Shown here: positions 62,587 to 64,000 of the stretch, piece after piece
Numbering within the stretch: position 1 is the stretch's first letter
Layout: every line of letters begins with the position of its first letter
NCBI GenBank assembly: GCA_965205855.1
Contig: OZ242184.1
Location: forward strand, 1,024,001-1,088,000
Length of the DNA: 64,000 nt
Reading direction: 5' to 3'
Source of the DNA: Thermodesulfobacteriota bacterium
GTDB taxonomy: Bacteria > Desulfobacterota_D > UBA1144 > Nemesobacterales > Mycalebacteriaceae
Notes under the pieces: generated by a model
What the model saw: only the letters and a program-made list of their open reading frames with translations
What the model was told of the DNA's origin: nothing
Databases searched by the model: none
Translations under genes and position numbers: made by a program

Positions 62587-63963
62587 TCAATGGATGTCAT
62601 ACGCCTCCATTCCATGCTCGCCCAGATCAAGCCCCATAACCTCCTCTTCGGCGGAAACACGCAATCCCAGAACCATTTTGATAACAAAGAAAATAATTGC
62701 CGCGCCGATCGCGGAGAAAACCCCGATCGCCGACACTCCTATAAGCTGTTTTATGAAAGTGTGATTGGGGTCGCTGCTGAAAATACCCACCGCGAGAGTT
62801 CCCCATATTCCACAAAACAGGTGAACGGGAATTGCTCCTATCGGATCATCAACCCGAACCCTGTCAAGAAAAATTACCGCTCCAACAACCAAAACTCCGG
62901 CAACCATCCCCACTATCACGGAGTCTCCGGGGCTTATAACATTGGCTCCCGCCGTTATTCCGACCAAACCCGCAAGCGCGCCGTTAAGAACCATTGTAAG
63001 GTCGGGTTTGCCTTTCAGCACCAACATCACTACCATCGCGCTTGCCACTCCCGCGGACGCTGAGAGAGAAGTCGTCACAAATACTTGCGAAATACCGGCC
63101 GGGTCGGCGGAAAGAACCGAACCGCCGTTAAATCCATACCATCCGAACCAAAGCAGAAGAGCCCCAATCGTGGCAAGCGGCATATTGTGTCCCTGAAACA
63201 GTCTGGTCTTTCCGTTTATATATTTGCCGATTCGCGGACCGACAAACAATGTGCCGATAAGGGCCCCCCATCCTCCGATACTATGAACAATCGTAGAGCC
63301 AGCAAAATCGTAAAAACCCAGATTGGAAAGCCATCCGCCGCCCCACAACCATGAGCCGGCTATCGGATAGACAACAGACACATAGAAAATGGCAAATATT
63401 ATGAAGCTGAGGAGTTTAATTCTCTCTACAACCGCTCCCGAAACTATCGTGGCCGCGGTTGCGGCAAACATCGCCTGAAACATAAAGTCCGTGTAATACG
63501 AATAAGAACCGCTGGCATACTCCACAAGACCGGCGTTTCCTTCGGGAGCGGATATCCAAAAACCGCCAAACCCGAAAAACCCCGAAGCTCCTTCGGCAAA
63601 TCCGGGATACATCAAATTGAATCCGCAAAATGCGTATGTAAGAAAACCGATTGCGATTATCATCACATTTTTGAACAATATGTTTACGGTGTTTTTTGAC
63701 CTTGCAAGACCACTTTCAATGCAACCGAAACCGAGGTGCATTATAAACACGAACATTGCCGCCAGAAGCACCCAGAGGTTATTTACAGTAAATACGGACC
63801 ATTGTGAATATTGTTGAAAATTCTCTCCCGCCGTTGTATCGGCAAAGGAGTCGCCCCCTGTAACAAAAAGAAAAACGGGCAATAAAAAAGCGGCTCCAAA
63901 CACCACTTTTCCGCACCGGATTGCAACATCTTTGATAAAACAGAGAAATCCCTCTTCTCTCAT
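62587..63963 (-). CDS. amt: Ammonium transporter
   Basis: FQAMFAATAATIVSGA, DFAGSTIVHSIGG, LLWFGWYGFNGGS, NGALAGLVGITA, DDPIGAIPVH (twin His intact). Confidence 0.96.
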   Translation of the reverse strand: MREEGFLCFIKDVAIRCGKVVFGAAFLLPVFLFVTGGDSFADTTAGENFQQYSQWSVFTVNNLWVLLAAMFVFIMHLGFGCIESGLARSKNTVNILFKNVMIIAIGFLTYAFCGFNLMYPGFAEGASGFFGFGGFWISAPEGNAGLVEYASGSYSYYTDFMFQAMFAATAATIVSGAVVERIKLLSFIIFAIFYVSVVYPIAGSWLWGGGWLSNLGFYDFAGSTIVHSIGGWGALIGTLFVGPRIGKYINGKTRLFQGHNMPLATIGALLLWFGWYGFNGGSVLSADPAGISQVFVTTSLSASAGVASAMVVMLVLKGKPDLTMVLNGALAGLVGITAGANVISPGDSVIVGMVAGVLVVGAVIFLDRVRVDDPIGAIPVHLFCGIWGTLAVGIFSSDPNHTFIKQLIGVSAIGVFSAIGAAIIFFVIKMVLGLRVSAEEEVMGLDLGEHGMEAYDIH

Positions 63964-64000
63964 GACTGAATCAGCCCTCCTTGTTGAATTTGATTTTCCA

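Overview
Core-genome window of a Gram-negative bacterium. A deltaproteobacteria-like (possibly Dadabacteria-like) affinity is my inference from protein style only. Nearly all genes are on the minus strand. Contents by increasing coordinate: ilvC (partial), ilvN, ilvB; an isolated nuoJKL block; nth; a DHH phosphoesterase; trpF-trpB-(GtrA)-trpA; citrate synthase; GAF-type ptsP; an FprA-like reductase; an RNB nuclease; pyrG; rdgB; tmRNA and smpB; dtd; an MlaFED-type MCE transporter coupled to an unusual aromatic-Pro repeat protein; alr; MFS-metF-ubiE-like; pdxH; an LLM oxidoreductase. These are followed by the str-S10-spc-alpha ribosomal cluster (rpmD missing), a DinG helicase, tRNA-Ser(CGA) with an AT-rich decayed remnant behind it, RNase R, a reduced pilM-(PilN/PilP hybrid)-pilQ operon headed by an XRE regulator and an orphan membrane sensor-like protein, tRNA-Phe, a beta-barrel porin and an ammonium transporter. 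The best leads are: (1) the minimal pilus/secretin operon with an apparent PilN-PilP fusion and its own regulator pair; (2) the repeat protein coupled to MlaEFD; (3) strong cytosine depletion on the coding strand of tuf; (4) a structured leader upstream of ilvB. I saw no CRISPR array, rRNA, integrase or transposase. All family calls come from motif recognition by eye, not from database searches.
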